Notes: a model not told the origin generated them from the letters alone. DNA of 23,317 bases from Bdellovibrionota bacterium (GCA_040754655.1 JBFMCE010000064.1:1-23317), one strand, 5' to 3'. Counted from the first letter of the stretch, positions 9,042-23,317 are shown. Numbers and translations: made by a program.

Positions 9042-10448
9042 ATGAAATTTTCAAAACTCACCAAGACTCATCTTAAAGAAATAAGGCAACGAATCGAGCT
9101 TGCGCGCGTGCTCGTCGATGAAGAATCGCTTGAAAAATATTCGCGCGACTTCACCGAGGATTTGCGCTTTCTCCCGGAGGTCGCCGTTCTCGCCGCAACC
9201 ACTGAAGAAGTCTCATGGGTGCTGAAGTACGCATCCCAGCATCGCATTCCGGTTACTCCGCGCGGCGCCGGTACCGGGCTGAGTGGGGCCGCTTTGCCCG
9301 TGGAAGGCGGCATCGTGCTCTCTCTTGAGAGGATGAATCGCATCCTCGAGATCGACGAAAAAAATTTAATGGCGGTCGTTCAACCTGGCGTCATCACCGA
9401 GGTCTTGCAAACGGCGGCGCAAGACAAGGCCTTGTTTTATCCCCCTGATCCGGCAAGCCGGGGCAGTTGCATGCTTGGTGGCAATCTCTCGCACTGCGCG
9501 GGCGGGCCGCGCGCCGTAAAATACGGCGTCACGAAAGATTATGTCTATGGGGTCGAAGCAGTGCTCCCGACAGGCGAGACCATCCATCATGGAGGAAAAC
9601 TGCTGAAAAACTCTACAGGCTACAACCTCACGCAGCTCTTAGTGGGAAGCGAAGGCACGCTTGCGGTCATCACGAAGATTTATTTGAAGCTCATTCCGCT
9701 GCCAACGCATCGGGCGCTTGTTCTCGCACCCTTCGACACGCTCGAAAAACCAGCGGCGGCAGTGGCTGCATTGTTTCAAGCGGGTCTGACGCCAAGCGCA
9801 TGCGAATTCATGGAACGTTCCGCCATCGAAGCGGGATGCAAGCAAACTTCTTTGCCCAATCCGTTTCCTGATGCTCAAGCGATGTTATTGATTGAAGTCG
9901 ACGGCTTCAATCAGACTGAAATAGATCGTCAGCTTGAAGTGCTGGCGCAAGTGCTAGAGCAATTTGATGCCAAAGACATCGCCTTGGCCGAAACACCTGA
10001 AAGGCAGGCTTCGCTTTGGCGCATCCGCCGTTCAATCGGCGAGGCGGTAAAGACACGCTCGATTTACAAAGAAGAAGACACCGTGGTTCCTCGTTACGCA
10101 TTGCCTGAGCTGTTGTCTGGGGTAAAGAGCATCTGCGCGGAACACGGGGTGGCAAGCGTCTGTTATGGCCACGCGGGGGATGGCAACCTTCATGTAAATC
10201 TGCTCAAAGAAAACCTCTCTGATGAAGAGTGGACCCACGAGCTGCCGAAATGCATCACTAGGATTTTCGAAACGGTCCGCAAGCTGGGTGGCACGGTAAG
10301 CGGCGAACATGGCGTGGGATACGTCCAACGCGAATACTTGCCCCTCGTTTACGGCGAGGCGGAACTGGCGCTCATGCGAAGGTTGAAAGAGGCATTTGAT
10401 CCGGTAGGAATATTGAATCCAGGGAAAATGCTCCCGTCTCGTGGGTAG
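9042..10448 (+). CDS. FAD-linked oxidase, GlcD / D-2-hydroxyacid dehydrogenase family
   Basis: PRGAGTGLSG, PPDPAS, GYNLTQLLVGSEGTL, GHAGDGNLH, SGEHGVG, DPVGILNPGK. Confidence 0.92.
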   Translation: MKFSKLTKTHLKEIRQRIELARVLVDEESLEKYSRDFTEDLRFLPEVAVLAATTEEVSWVLKYASQHRIPVTPRGAGTGLSGAALPVEGGIVLSLERMNRILEIDEKNLMAVVQPGVITEVLQTAAQDKALFYPPDPASRGSCMLGGNLSHCAGGPRAVKYGVTKDYVYGVEAVLPTGETIHHGGKLLKNSTGYNLTQLLVGSEGTLAVITKIYLKLIPLPTHRALVLAPFDTLEKPAAAVAALFQAGLTPSACEFMERSAIEAGCKQTSLPNPFPDAQAMLLIEVDGFNQTEIDRQLEVLAQVLEQFDAKDIALAETPERQASLWRIRRSIGEAVKTRSIYKEEDTVVPRYALPELLSGVKSICAEHGVASVCYGHAGDGNLHVNLLKENLSDEEWTHELPKCITRIFETVRKLGGTVSGEHGVGYVQREYLPLVYGEAELALMRRLKEAFDPVGILNPGKMLPSRG

Positions 10449-10519
10449 GGCGTGTTTTCAGTTTTTTGTAAGCGAGGCAGCCAGATCAGGCCCGAATTGG
10501 AGCTCCGCTGAACCGAAGC

Positions 10520-10909
10520 TCAGCGCCTTCTGATCACGATCTCATTTTTCCAAATCGATTCGGGTGCAAGCGCCGGCGTATTTTCCTCCAACCGCGGTTT
10601 GTCTTGGTCGATCACGACCACACGCTGCAGGTCCTCATCCGCTCTGCAAATCTGCGCATACCCTACGAGTTTCTCTCGATCCCCTTCACTCTTATACACA
10701 GGCACTTTCTTCGCTTTGCAACGCACTTGAACTTCTTCAAGCTTTTGCGCCGCTGCCATCGATTTATAGCGACAGGGATCTGCATGGCCACAGTCATTGA
10801 TCTGACAAGTCTCAAGCCCTGCCGATTCTTCCGGAAGCGCCCCAAAAGCCACTCCCGCCAGTCCTTGAATTACGACCAAACCCAAAAGAATTTTTCTTAT
10901 CAACACCAT
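10520..10909 (-). CDS. Small secreted Cys-containing hypothetical protein
   Basis: Signal-like N-terminus ending AFG; 5 Cys; start overlaps the upstream stop at 10909 (TAATG). Confidence 0.55.
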   Translation of the reverse strand: MVLIRKILLGLVVIQGLAGVAFGALPEESAGLETCQINDCGHADPCRYKSMAAAQKLEEVQVRCKAKKVPVYKSEGDREKLVGYAQICRADEDLQRVVVIDQDKPRLEENTPALAPESIWKNEIVIRRR

Positions 10910-12876
10910 TAGTTTCCAATCTCCAATAGGGGAACATCCGTCGCAATCGCGCCAAAAGCGCGCAGCGAATATTTTGAAGCGCGCTCATCACTTGGCAACG
11001 CCTGATCCTTCTGCGATTTCACGTCTCTGAGCCCCGGCGTGAGCGATGAACACAACAACAGGGAGATGGGATAGTTTTCCGTGATACCCATCACGATGCA
11101 AGCCCCCGGAGAAACCAAAGACTGAGGGTTCAATCCCGATAAGGGACTGATCTGATTGTTCTCGCTATCGGTAGGAAAACGAACGCTTGCCAGGCTTCCA
11201 AGATCAAAAACCGTGAATAAGCCGCCGATCGAACCCCAACCCAATCCTTTAGTCACTTCGATTCCCACCGGAGCGGTTAGGCCAAAACTGGGTGCGATTC
11301 TGCTGAACTCATTGGTGTCGTCAAGAGCGGCTTCGCCGCCAGCGCCGATACCGACGTATGCGCCGATAGAGAGAGTAACGCCCTCTGCGTCTCGCCGCCG
11401 CCTCTGAACGGCGCCGTAGTCAGCGCCATGTTGGTTTAAGAAAGCCGTGAGATCTTCTGGCGCCCTGACCGAGGCAAGATCCGCTAAGAGCGGCAAATAC
11501 CTTTCAAGGCCCTCAGGAAGTTTGAGATCAAGCTGCGAGGCCACCCAGAGAGAGCGTTCGGCAAGCTCACCGTAATTCTGATTTCTAACCGCAGTCATAT
11601 AACCTTCTACGGTTTTCAAAAACTCCCTGGCGCGGGCAAGACGGTTCGTGTTCTTTTCGTAATGCAAGCCCAACGTGAAATTCAAGATCGAGTTCGCCTG
11701 CCTGACATACGCGTCAAAGAACTGCTGCAGTGAAGACTGATCTTCAGAGAGGTTTAAGGAGATTTTTTCGCTCTCTTGACCTGCTCTTGCTTGTGCTTGA
11801 GACAGTTTGATCAGCAGCGTATGAAGTTCAGCGAGGTTCTTTTTCGTGAACCTAGAGTTTGTTTTATCCCATCCTTCGTTCGCCTTATTCACCAAATGAG
11901 TCATCACCCAAGGAGTGATCTCTTCCTTTGAGAATACGCCGTCACCCCGCACAAAGAGCTTCACAGCGTTTGAAGTTCTTTTGAGCGACCTTACGAGTTC
12001 AGGATTCTCTTTTTCGCATTTTCCAAAATCAACCTCTGAGAGGGCACCCAAGACTTCTAGCGGGGCAGCTCCCTGTTCAAGATGCTCGCCAATGACCAGT
12101 GAAGTAGCGATGACAAGTCCCTCTTCGCAATGCGAAGCCGTGATTTGGCCCAACAACGCTTCAAGGTCGCGACTCACTGCGCTTTGCAGCGTTTGCGAAA
12201 ACTTTCTGCCTTTTTTCACGGCTCCCGCCGAAAGAACGGAACAGGTGTGTTCGGTGAGGTTCTCAAGCCCAGGTTTGCACAGATTCTTTTGCACGACATC
12301 CAAGAGGGCGCGGGTTATCGACGTTTTCGCCGAATCGACGATGAACTTCGCTAAACCATCAAGGATTTGGGTCTGCCAACTCAAGCCGCTCATGACTACC
12401 GGGGGCTGCAGAGGAATCAAAGGTTGTTTCATGGCCTCAAGCCGCGACAATTCGCTAGGCCGCGTGGAGGGCGCCGTGCCCGGATTCTCTGAATCGCTGG
12501 GAGGCGCGCTGGGCGGCTGACCCGGGGCAACAGCGTTCAAATGCTGGCTCTCGGGCAGTGCGATCAAATCATGCACGGATTGCCACTTGTCTTGCGATGG
12601 AAAGCCGGAATTCTGATTTAGGCAGAACCGCCTTACAGCATCGAGGTCGCTTTTGACCTTCTCTTTTTGTGTCGCGTCCAAAATATAGTCTGCTTTAAAG
12701 GTAAGCCGGACGAAAGCCCTGATCGCATTGTTGCAGGCATCGACATAATAAGTGAACGTCTCTTCGTACTCAATCGGACGGGGATGAAGCGAATAAGGCG
12801 CCGCTTGAACATTCGAGGCAAAAGATATCGTAGTCAAAATCATTAAAAAAACAGCGCTTTTCATTGTACCGCTCAA
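10909..12876 (-). CDS. Large secreted hypothetical protein (helical body, Gly/hydrophobic beta-rich C-terminus)
   Basis: 655-codon ORF; signal peptide ending VQA; Pro/Ser linker; C-terminal GAYVGIG...APVGIE...FDLGSL...SPG segment. Start may be ATG 12864. Confidence 0.75.
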   Translation of the reverse strand: MSGTMKSAVFLMILTTISFASNVQAAPYSLHPRPIEYEETFTYYVDACNNAIRAFVRLTFKADYILDATQKEKVKSDLDAVRRFCLNQNSGFPSQDKWQSVHDLIALPESQHLNAVAPGQPPSAPPSDSENPGTAPSTRPSELSRLEAMKQPLIPLQPPVVMSGLSWQTQILDGLAKFIVDSAKTSITRALLDVVQKNLCKPGLENLTEHTCSVLSAGAVKKGRKFSQTLQSAVSRDLEALLGQITASHCEEGLVIATSLVIGEHLEQGAAPLEVLGALSEVDFGKCEKENPELVRSLKRTSNAVKLFVRGDGVFSKEEITPWVMTHLVNKANEGWDKTNSRFTKKNLAELHTLLIKLSQAQARAGQESEKISLNLSEDQSSLQQFFDAYVRQANSILNFTLGLHYEKNTNRLARAREFLKTVEGYMTAVRNQNYGELAERSLWVASQLDLKLPEGLERYLPLLADLASVRAPEDLTAFLNQHGADYGAVQRRRRDAEGVTLSIGAYVGIGAGGEAALDDTNEFSRIAPSFGLTAPVGIEVTKGLGWGSIGGLFTVFDLGSLASVRFPTDSENNQISPLSGLNPQSLVSPGACIVMGITENYPISLLLCSSLTPGLRDVKSQKDQALPSDERASKYSLRAFGAIATDVPLLEIGN

Positions 12877-12903
12877 AGCTCCATTTCCGACAAAATCAGT
12901 CGC

Positions 12904-12933
12904 CTTTTACACGAAAAACAAGCTCCTTGTCAA
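12904..12933 (-). promoter_or_regulatory. Possible sigma70 promoter
   Basis: Perfect TTGACA (12933-12928) with a weak -10 (TAAAAG, 18-nt spacer) and an AT-rich tract upstream. Confidence 0.3.
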
Positions 12934-13047
12934 TTCAAAGATTTCTCATAAATAAAAATAGTTTATTCATACTGACCGGTGGTCCGGCCCAGGCTTTATT
13001 ATGAGCCGGCGAACCCGGCGCAGCAGCTTGGCGATAGTGTCGGGCCA

Positions 13048-14148
13048 TCAGCGCTCAATCATCCCGCGACGCCATCCCCAAAGCCACATGGTCATGGCTA
13101 GCCAGGTGCCCAAAGCTTGAACAACCACCCAATCCTCTTCTCCTACTACAAAACCTGTCAGCAAGATCAGAGACCAAAGCGTGAACTGAAAGGTCATCTC
13201 TTCAGAACGGTCTTTTGCGCAGAGCTTTCCGAATGTGCGCAAAGGCCAACCCAGAGCACCCCCGACGAACCACAAAACGTATCCAATGATCTGATACGAT
13301 AACGATTCGCGTTTGCGACAGACAATTCTTCTAAGTTCTCGGGGCGCTGCTTTCCTCGTGACCACATCATTCAAAGCCTGGTGTACGCCAGAGAAATTCG
13401 CTTGCCCCTTTTGATACGCCAATCGATGGGCATCCACGAGTTGATCAAGCGTCTGGGCCTCGAGAACCACCGAATGAAGCGCGGCTTCCACCTCGGAGAG
13501 CAGCATTTCCTCGGCGGCGCGCTCATCACGCTCGTACAAACCTTGATACCTCGCCACGCTAATCGGAGCAGCCCACCTGAGATACAAGTAAGACCTGCCC
13601 GCAAACTTGTTCTCATAGTTCGTGCCGTAGACGTAAATCTGCAGGCCAAGCTTCCAGTTCGCCTTGCGCTCGGCCCTCAAAGCCACGTGCGCTACGCCCG
13701 GACGCAAAGGTTTCACGAGCTGAGACCGATGCCTGGGATCAGCCTCGGGGAATACCGAGAACCAGTGTCCCCGATGCAAGAGCCCGGCGACATGATCAAG
13801 GGTTTGTTCGTTCTTCGCAATGCGCTGGTCAGACTTGTAGTACTGGTCGCTCGAGCGAATGATCGGGATGCAGCGGAAGAATCTATAAAAGGGTTTAAGA
13901 AAAGGCACGCGAAAGACCGAATCCTTCACGAAAGTAAATGGCCAAACCGGAGCAAGCATCGCGCCTAAAATATCGTCGTAAAAATAGTTGCCGTAGTTTG
14001 AAACAAGGATGCCCGGTTTTTCTTGAAGTTCCTGCTGGAGAAAAAACGGCGCTCGCGACCAGTTTTTAACGCGATAGGTTCCGAAGACGATCGGATAATG
14101 CACAAGCCAGCGCACCAATAAAAGCAACCCGCCACGAAACGTTTCCAT
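13048..14148 (-). CDS. PlsC/LPLAT-family acyltransferase-like membrane protein with altered catalytic motif
   Basis: Motif blocks ILVSNYGNYFYDD, FVKDSVF, CIPIIR, FSVFPEA, LRPGVAHVAL, GTNYE; C-terminal transmembrane helices. Confidence 0.7.
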   Translation of the reverse strand: METFRGGLLLLVRWLVHYPIVFGTYRVKNWSRAPFFLQQELQEKPGILVSNYGNYFYDDILGAMLAPVWPFTFVKDSVFRVPFLKPFYRFFRCIPIIRSSDQYYKSDQRIAKNEQTLDHVAGLLHRGHWFSVFPEADPRHRSQLVKPLRPGVAHVALRAERKANWKLGLQIYVYGTNYENKFAGRSYLYLRWAAPISVARYQGLYERDERAAEEMLLSEVEAALHSVVLEAQTLDQLVDAHRLAYQKGQANFSGVHQALNDVVTRKAAPRELRRIVCRKRESLSYQIIGYVLWFVGGALGWPLRTFGKLCAKDRSEEMTFQFTLWSLILLTGFVVGEEDWVVVQALGTWLAMTMWLWGWRRGMIER

Positions 14149-14179
14149 AGGAAGATACTCTTCTATTAGCGCGAAAGAC

Positions 14180-16021
14180 TCATGTCAACTCGGCATGCCG
14201 AACCTGCAGCTGCAAGCGCTTGGTGCCTTGCCATTCGTTCCATTGAGGCGAGATCCAAAGAGAACACGGATTTCCCGCCTGAAGCCTGTCCATTTCAAGG
14301 CGCGCATTGCCCTCTTGAATGCAGTTGAACCAGACCGCCTCAAGTCGCGCTTTGCCTTCAAGCCTGAGTTTTAGGTGCTTTTCTTTCATGACTTTGACGT
14401 CAGCCGCGGCGACATTGGCTACTTTGAACACGGGTTCCGGGAATTGATGCCCGAAGGGCTCAAGCATCTGGAGCTCTTCCACAAGCCTTCCGTCGATTTC
14501 GCTCAATCCGACTTCCGCGTCAAACCGCTGTTCCCGTCGAAACTGTTCTTCAAGCGTGGTCATCGCCATGTGCAAGTTGAGTGATTCCATGAACAGCACA
14601 AGCTTTTCCCTGGAAAGGCTTACGCCGCCTGCATGAGCATGCCCACCGTAGTTGAGAAGATGGCAGGCCACGGACTCTGCCGAGATCGCCGCCAAAATAT
14701 CGATCTTCGAGATTGAACGCACGCTGCCCTTCAGGGCGTCTTGACTGCCTTCTTTGAGCGCGAGAACGAATGCAGGCCTGCCAAACTCTTCGACGATCTT
14801 TGAGGCCACGATCCCGACCACGCCCTCATGCCAGGCTTCAGATTCTTCCTCGGGGGCCGCGAGCACCAGCGCCCTCGGCCACGGGCCAAGAGCCGCCGCC
14901 GGGATTTGCGCAGACAATGATTGCCAACGCGGGTCTTGAAGCTGTTTTAACGCTTGTTCTCTTGCTTGCGCATGGACGCGGTCTTGCGTCTGCCTTCTCG
15001 CAAGGTTGATTTGTTCTAACTCCTGGGCCAATGCCTTGGCTTTGTCGAGATCGCGACAAGTCAGAAGATCAAACGCAGCCCTAGCGGATTGAAGCCTGCC
15101 GGCCGCGTTGATTCGAGGCCCCAAGACAAATCCGCAATGCATCGCCGTCGGTCTTTGAACCTTGGCAGCCTCTAAGATCGCCTTAAAACCTGGCCGCGGA
15201 CTGCGCGCCAAAACTCGCAATCCATGAGTGACAAGGATTCTATTCACACCTCTGATGTCAACGACGTCGGCGACTGTCGCTACAGCTACAAGGTCAAGAA
15301 GCCTGACGAGGTTGGGTTCTTGCCGGTGGGTGAAATAACCCGCGATCCGCAGTTCCGTTCTCAAACCCATGGCGAAGAAAAAAGCCAGGCCCGCGCCGCA
15401 AAGGTTCTGCAACCCTGATTCATCTTCAGGTCGCTGAGGATCAACGACCGCCAACGCTTGCGGCAACTGGGCCGCCACTTTGTGGTGATCTAAGATGATC
15501 AGATCCACTCCGCGATCTTTGGCAAGACGAGCAGGTTCAACGGCGGTGATGCCGCAATCGACGGTGATGATGACGCTTGCCCCTTGGTCTATCAGCCGCT
15601 CCAACGCGCCCGAATGCACGCCATAGCCTTCTGTAAATCGGTTGGGTTGATAAGCGATGACTTCGATGCCCAGTGAATGAAAAAAGTCGACCAGCAGCGA
15701 CGCCCCGCAAGTGCCGTCAACGTCGTAGTCGCCATAGACCGCGATGCGTTCCTCGCTTAGAACGGCCTTCACCAGCCTCGACACCGCTTTCTGCATATCG
15801 ATGATGGAAAAAGGATCGGGCAGTTTATTGAGTTCCGGGTGCAGAAATCGCTCGAGTTGTTGGATGGATTTCACTCCCCGGTTCCAAAGCAGCCTGGCTA
15901 CGACGGGGTGGCAATCAAGGTAGTTGCGTATCTCTTGGGCCGACTCCAAGGGTGAATCTTCGTCTCCGACATGTATACCCCAGAGTTTCCTCGGTCCGCT
16001 CACGTATTCCCCTGAACTCAT
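14180..16021 (-). CDS. recJ: Single-stranded-DNA-specific exonuclease RecJ
   Basis: YGDYDVDG, ITVDCG, DHH, PRINAAGRL, WHEGVVGIVASK, GGHAHAGG, LEPFG. Confidence 0.96.
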   Translation of the reverse strand: MSSGEYVSGPRKLWGIHVGDEDSPLESAQEIRNYLDCHPVVARLLWNRGVKSIQQLERFLHPELNKLPDPFSIIDMQKAVSRLVKAVLSEERIAVYGDYDVDGTCGASLLVDFFHSLGIEVIAYQPNRFTEGYGVHSGALERLIDQGASVIITVDCGITAVEPARLAKDRGVDLIILDHHKVAAQLPQALAVVDPQRPEDESGLQNLCGAGLAFFFAMGLRTELRIAGYFTHRQEPNLVRLLDLVAVATVADVVDIRGVNRILVTHGLRVLARSPRPGFKAILEAAKVQRPTAMHCGFVLGPRINAAGRLQSARAAFDLLTCRDLDKAKALAQELEQINLARRQTQDRVHAQAREQALKQLQDPRWQSLSAQIPAAALGPWPRALVLAAPEEESEAWHEGVVGIVASKIVEEFGRPAFVLALKEGSQDALKGSVRSISKIDILAAISAESVACHLLNYGGHAHAGGVSLSREKLVLFMESLNLHMAMTTLEEQFRREQRFDAEVGLSEIDGRLVEELQMLEPFGHQFPEPVFKVANVAAADVKVMKEKHLKLRLEGKARLEAVWFNCIQEGNARLEMDRLQAGNPCSLWISPQWNEWQGTKRLQLQVRHAELT

Positions 16022-16042
16022 TCTCTTCCCCGCTGTTCGTCA

Positions 16043-16999
16043 TTAAGGCCTTGGTGCAATCAGGGGCGTATTCTTCATAGATGCGACCTTCTTGAGCCGG
16101 CGCTGTTGCCAATCGGTAACCAAGATTAAAATGGGCGATGCAATGAAAATGGAAGAATAAGTCCCCACAAGGATTCCGATCATCATAGTAAACGCGAAAT
16201 CGTAAATCACTCCGCCACCCAATACCATCAATGCAACCACGACTAGAAGCGTAAAGAGCGAGGTCAGCAGGGTGCGGCTCAGGGTCTCATTGATAGATCG
16301 ATTGACGTTGTCTTTGAACGTTCGATTCGGATACCGGATCAAGGCTTCTCGAATACGGTCGTAGACGATGATCGTGTCATTGTTGGAATAACCAATGACG
16401 GTAAGGATGGCGGCGACGATCTGCAAATTGAACTCTTTCTGAGTCAGCGAAAAAATGCCCATCGTGAGGATCACATCGTGCGCAAGCGCCACAACAGCCC
16501 CAGGGCCGTAGCGATAATCAAAACGAACGGCCACATAAACCAAGATGCACAGCAAAGCATAAAACATCGAGAGAAAGCCGCTCTTTCGAAGCGCTTTTCC
16601 CGCCTGCTCACCCACCACATCCACTCGCTGAATCTCAAAATCAGCCTTTTGCATTTTTTGCGAAAGGCTGGATTCCATTTTGAAAATGATTTCTTGCGAC
16701 TCCGCATCTTCGCCGCGAAGCTTGACCAGAAACTCATTCTGTTGAGTCTCTCCGAGCTGTTGGATCACGAGGTTGCCAAGGCCGCCTCCTCCTAAAAGGT
16801 CGCGCAGTTCAGAAACGCTGACCGGCTTATCGAACTTGAGCTGGATCTCAGCGCCACCTACGAAGTCGATGCCGTAGTTAAAACCCCTGCTCATGAGCAG
16901 AACGACGCTAACAACGACTAGCGCGGTGGAAATGGCCAACCAAACATAACGATGGCCAACGAAATTCACTTTAATGTCTTTAGGGATGATTTCCAGCAT
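16043..16999 (-). CDS. secF: Protein translocase subunit SecF
   Basis: GIDFVGG, ALAHD, IGYSNNDTIIVYDRIRE, INETLSRT, GTYSSIFIA. Confidence 0.96.
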   Translation of the reverse strand: MLEIIPKDIKVNFVGHRYVWLAISTALVVVSVVLLMSRGFNYGIDFVGGAEIQLKFDKPVSVSELRDLLGGGGLGNLVIQQLGETQQNEFLVKLRGEDAESQEIIFKMESSLSQKMQKADFEIQRVDVVGEQAGKALRKSGFLSMFYALLCILVYVAVRFDYRYGPGAVVALAHDVILTMGIFSLTQKEFNLQIVAAILTVIGYSNNDTIIVYDRIREALIRYPNRTFKDNVNRSINETLSRTLLTSLFTLLVVVALMVLGGGVIYDFAFTMMIGILVGTYSSIFIASPILILVTDWQQRRLKKVASMKNTPLIAPRP

Positions 17000-18724
17000 T
17001 TAGATGCTCAACTCCTTGACCTCGAACCGGTCCGTGTACCAATCAAAGAGAAGCCTGCAAACAAACACCGCCGTGAACAACGTAGTCACGATCCCAATCA
17101 AAAGAGTGATGGCGAATCCCTTGATCGGGCCGGTGCCAAAATTGAATAAAACCGCTACAGCGATCGCATTCGTGACATTAGCGTCTAAAATGGTTCGAAA
17201 CGCTCTGTTGAAACCCACCTCTACAGCGACCTTGGCGCTCTTTCCAGACTTGAGCTCTTCCCGGATGCGCTCATAAATAACGACATTGCTGTCGACCGCG
17301 ATGCCTACCGTCAGTGCAATCGCCGCTATGCCCGGCAAAGTCAAACTCACTCCCAAAGCCGCAAGTATCGCGAGCACAAAAAGAACATTCAAGATGAGCG
17401 AGATGTCTGCGATCAAGCCGCTGAGCCGATAGTAGATCAACATCCCAAGAAACACGGCGAAGCAACCTACGATAGCGGCGAACTTGCCCTTTTCAATCGA
17501 GTCAGCGCCCAAGCTTGGGCCAATGACCCTTTGCTCTTGAAACTTGAGCTGCGCAGGCAGGGCACCGGCCCGAAGCACGATTGCAAGGTCTGTCGCTTCA
17601 TTGAGCAACGTGTTGTAATCGCCGTAACCAAGGGTGATCTGAGCTTGCCCTTGCGAAACTCGCGATTGAATCACCGGCACCGAATGCACGATGCCATCGA
17701 GCACGATGGCCAATTGACGGTGAAGCTTCTCACCGGTCATTCGATCGAAAGCCTCCGCACCTTTCGCATTGAAATGAAGATTCACATAGGGCCTGTTGTC
17801 TTGCGGGTCGATTTCGACGGAAGCCTCTTTGAGATCTTCACCAGTGATCTCGGCCTTTGAAGTCAATAAATGGGCGATGCGACCTAGATTGCCTTCGCTG
17901 CCAGCGCGCCTGCCCTCGCGCTCAAATGCGATTTCTGTATTCGCGGGAATCTTGCCTTTAGCGAGCTCGTTGATCTTCTGAACATAATCGGAAAACCTCT
18001 CCCCTTGTTCATAAGAGAGAGAGTTCTTGGCCTCGATTTCAGAAACGAGCGCCGCCACTTCGTCGGAAGACTTTTCTTGGCTCACCAGCTTGAACTCAAG
18101 CCTTGCCGTTCTGCCGATAAGTTCCTTGGCGCGCTCAATGTCTTTGATGCCAGGAAGTTCAACCGAGACGCGATCCTTCCCTAAGCTGGCGATCACGGGT
18201 TCAGCGACCCCGAACTCATCAATTCGGTTTCGGATCACTTCAATGCTCTGGCCGATGGTCCGTTCCCTGACCGCGTCTTTATAGAGTTTGCTCAGGCCAA
18301 ACTCGTAGTCATTGCCCGCGTCGCCGGTCATCCGAAAGTGATCAAAGTCTTTCTTGATCAGATCGTGGAGTTTCGCCTTCTCGGGCAAATTCGCGCATTG
18401 CAAAGAAAACCTAGGATCATCACTCAACCCGGCGCTGGTTGAGGTCGAGGGCTTGATGAGGCTGCATCCGATTTGCCGGCGCTTGATTTCTTCGTTCAAT
18501 GTCTCCGCAAGCCGGTCGGCAACGTCGGTGAAGACGCGTCTAAAGTCGACGCCCAAAACCATGTAGACGCCACCCTGAAGATCGAGCCCAAGATTGATCT
18601 TTTCCTTGATCAAGAACTTTGATTTCTGAGGATCCAGTTTCAAAACCGTCGGAGCAACATAGGCCACCGCACCCACCGTTACCACGATGAGAAAGAGCAG
18701 TTTAGCCCACCAGCTGCGCGACAT
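17000..18724 (-). CDS. secD: Protein translocase subunit SecD
   Basis: LGLDLQGG, RIDEFGVAEP, LRAGALPA, IGPSLG, VDSNVVIYERIREE, DANVT, GPIKGFA. Confidence 0.97.
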   Translation of the reverse strand: MSRSWWAKLLFLIVVTVGAVAYVAPTVLKLDPQKSKFLIKEKINLGLDLQGGVYMVLGVDFRRVFTDVADRLAETLNEEIKRRQIGCSLIKPSTSTSAGLSDDPRFSLQCANLPEKAKLHDLIKKDFDHFRMTGDAGNDYEFGLSKLYKDAVRERTIGQSIEVIRNRIDEFGVAEPVIASLGKDRVSVELPGIKDIERAKELIGRTARLEFKLVSQEKSSDEVAALVSEIEAKNSLSYEQGERFSDYVQKINELAKGKIPANTEIAFEREGRRAGSEGNLGRIAHLLTSKAEITGEDLKEASVEIDPQDNRPYVNLHFNAKGAEAFDRMTGEKLHRQLAIVLDGIVHSVPVIQSRVSQGQAQITLGYGDYNTLLNEATDLAIVLRAGALPAQLKFQEQRVIGPSLGADSIEKGKFAAIVGCFAVFLGMLIYYRLSGLIADISLILNVLFVLAILAALGVSLTLPGIAAIALTVGIAVDSNVVIYERIREELKSGKSAKVAVEVGFNRAFRTILDANVTNAIAVAVLFNFGTGPIKGFAITLLIGIVTTLFTAVFVCRLLFDWYTDRFEVKELSI

Positions 18725-18730
18725 TTTTGT

Positions 18731-19147
18731 TTAGGCTCCTTGTTCTGGCGATTTGCCCGTGGCGAGATTGGGGTTCACGCTCGCGACTTGGCTTTTCAGC
18801 ATCTTCACTCGCACGCCATCTGCGATTTCAACGGTCAACACCTTATCCGTGATTCCGGTGACTTTCCCGAAAAACCCCGCGTTGGTTACAATTTCATCAC
18901 CGTACTTGATCTTATCAAGTAAATTCACGTGTTCCTTCAACTTTTTTTGTTGCGGACGGATCATGAGAAAATAAACCACCAAGAACATCAATCCAAATGG
19001 CAGCAGCATTTCCGCGATGCCAGGTTGACGAGGAGCCGCTGCCCCGGGCGCACCTGATGGAACTTGGGTTTGGGCTGTGGTTGCTTCACCACCGGGCGGT
19101 GGTGGTGCGCTCTGAGCAAAAGCCTGATTGAATAAAACGGACGACAT
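18731..19147 (-). CDS. yajC: Preprotein translocase subunit YajC
   Basis: YFLMIRPQQKK, GDEIVTNAGFFG, VEIADGVRVK; located between tgt and secD. Confidence 0.93.
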   Translation of the reverse strand: MSSVLFNQAFAQSAPPPPGGEATTAQTQVPSGAPGAAAPRQPGIAEMLLPFGLMFLVVYFLMIRPQQKKLKEHVNLLDKIKYGDEIVTNAGFFGKVTGITDKVLTVEIADGVRVKMLKSQVASVNPNLATGKSPEQGA

Positions 19148-19180
19148 AAGGGAACCTCTTTATAAGAAATAGTTGAGTAT

Positions 19181-23317
<4,137 letters not shown>

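Noticed and set aside
11915..13968. Long antisense ORFs (201 aa at 11915, 195 aa at 13381) and other short overlapping ORFs
   Set aside because: They lie wholly opposite better-supported genes and have no recognisable motifs.
16043..19147. yajC-secDF as a dedicated export system for the neighbouring sigma-like protein
   Set aside because: tgt-yajC-secD-secF is a widespread housekeeping operon, so adjacency alone is not evidence.

Overview
Bacterial chromosomal window. Gene style (many signal-peptide hypotheticals, S8 protease with CUB-like tail, tgt-yajC-secD-secF-recJ operon) suggests a Bdellovibrionota/Oligoflexia-like organism; this is inference. Housekeeping genes: argS, tgt, yajC, secD, secF, recJ, a GlcD-like FAD oxidase and a PlsC-like acyltransferase. 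Exported or envelope genes: a TPR-FecR-beta-barrel-aminopeptidase operon, a subtilase and several secreted hypotheticals. The main discovery is missing from the ORF track because it runs off the window end. Manual translation of + frame 2 gives a stop-free ORF from about 20360 to >23317 (at least 986 codons). It encodes a signal-peptide-like N-terminus, a degenerate sigma70-family core (regions 1.2/2/3) and at least 9 tandem diverged sigma region-4-like HTH repeats with alternating linkers. This is a candidate exported multi-HTH pseudo-sigma factor. No rRNA, tRNA, CRISPR or mobile element was recognised.
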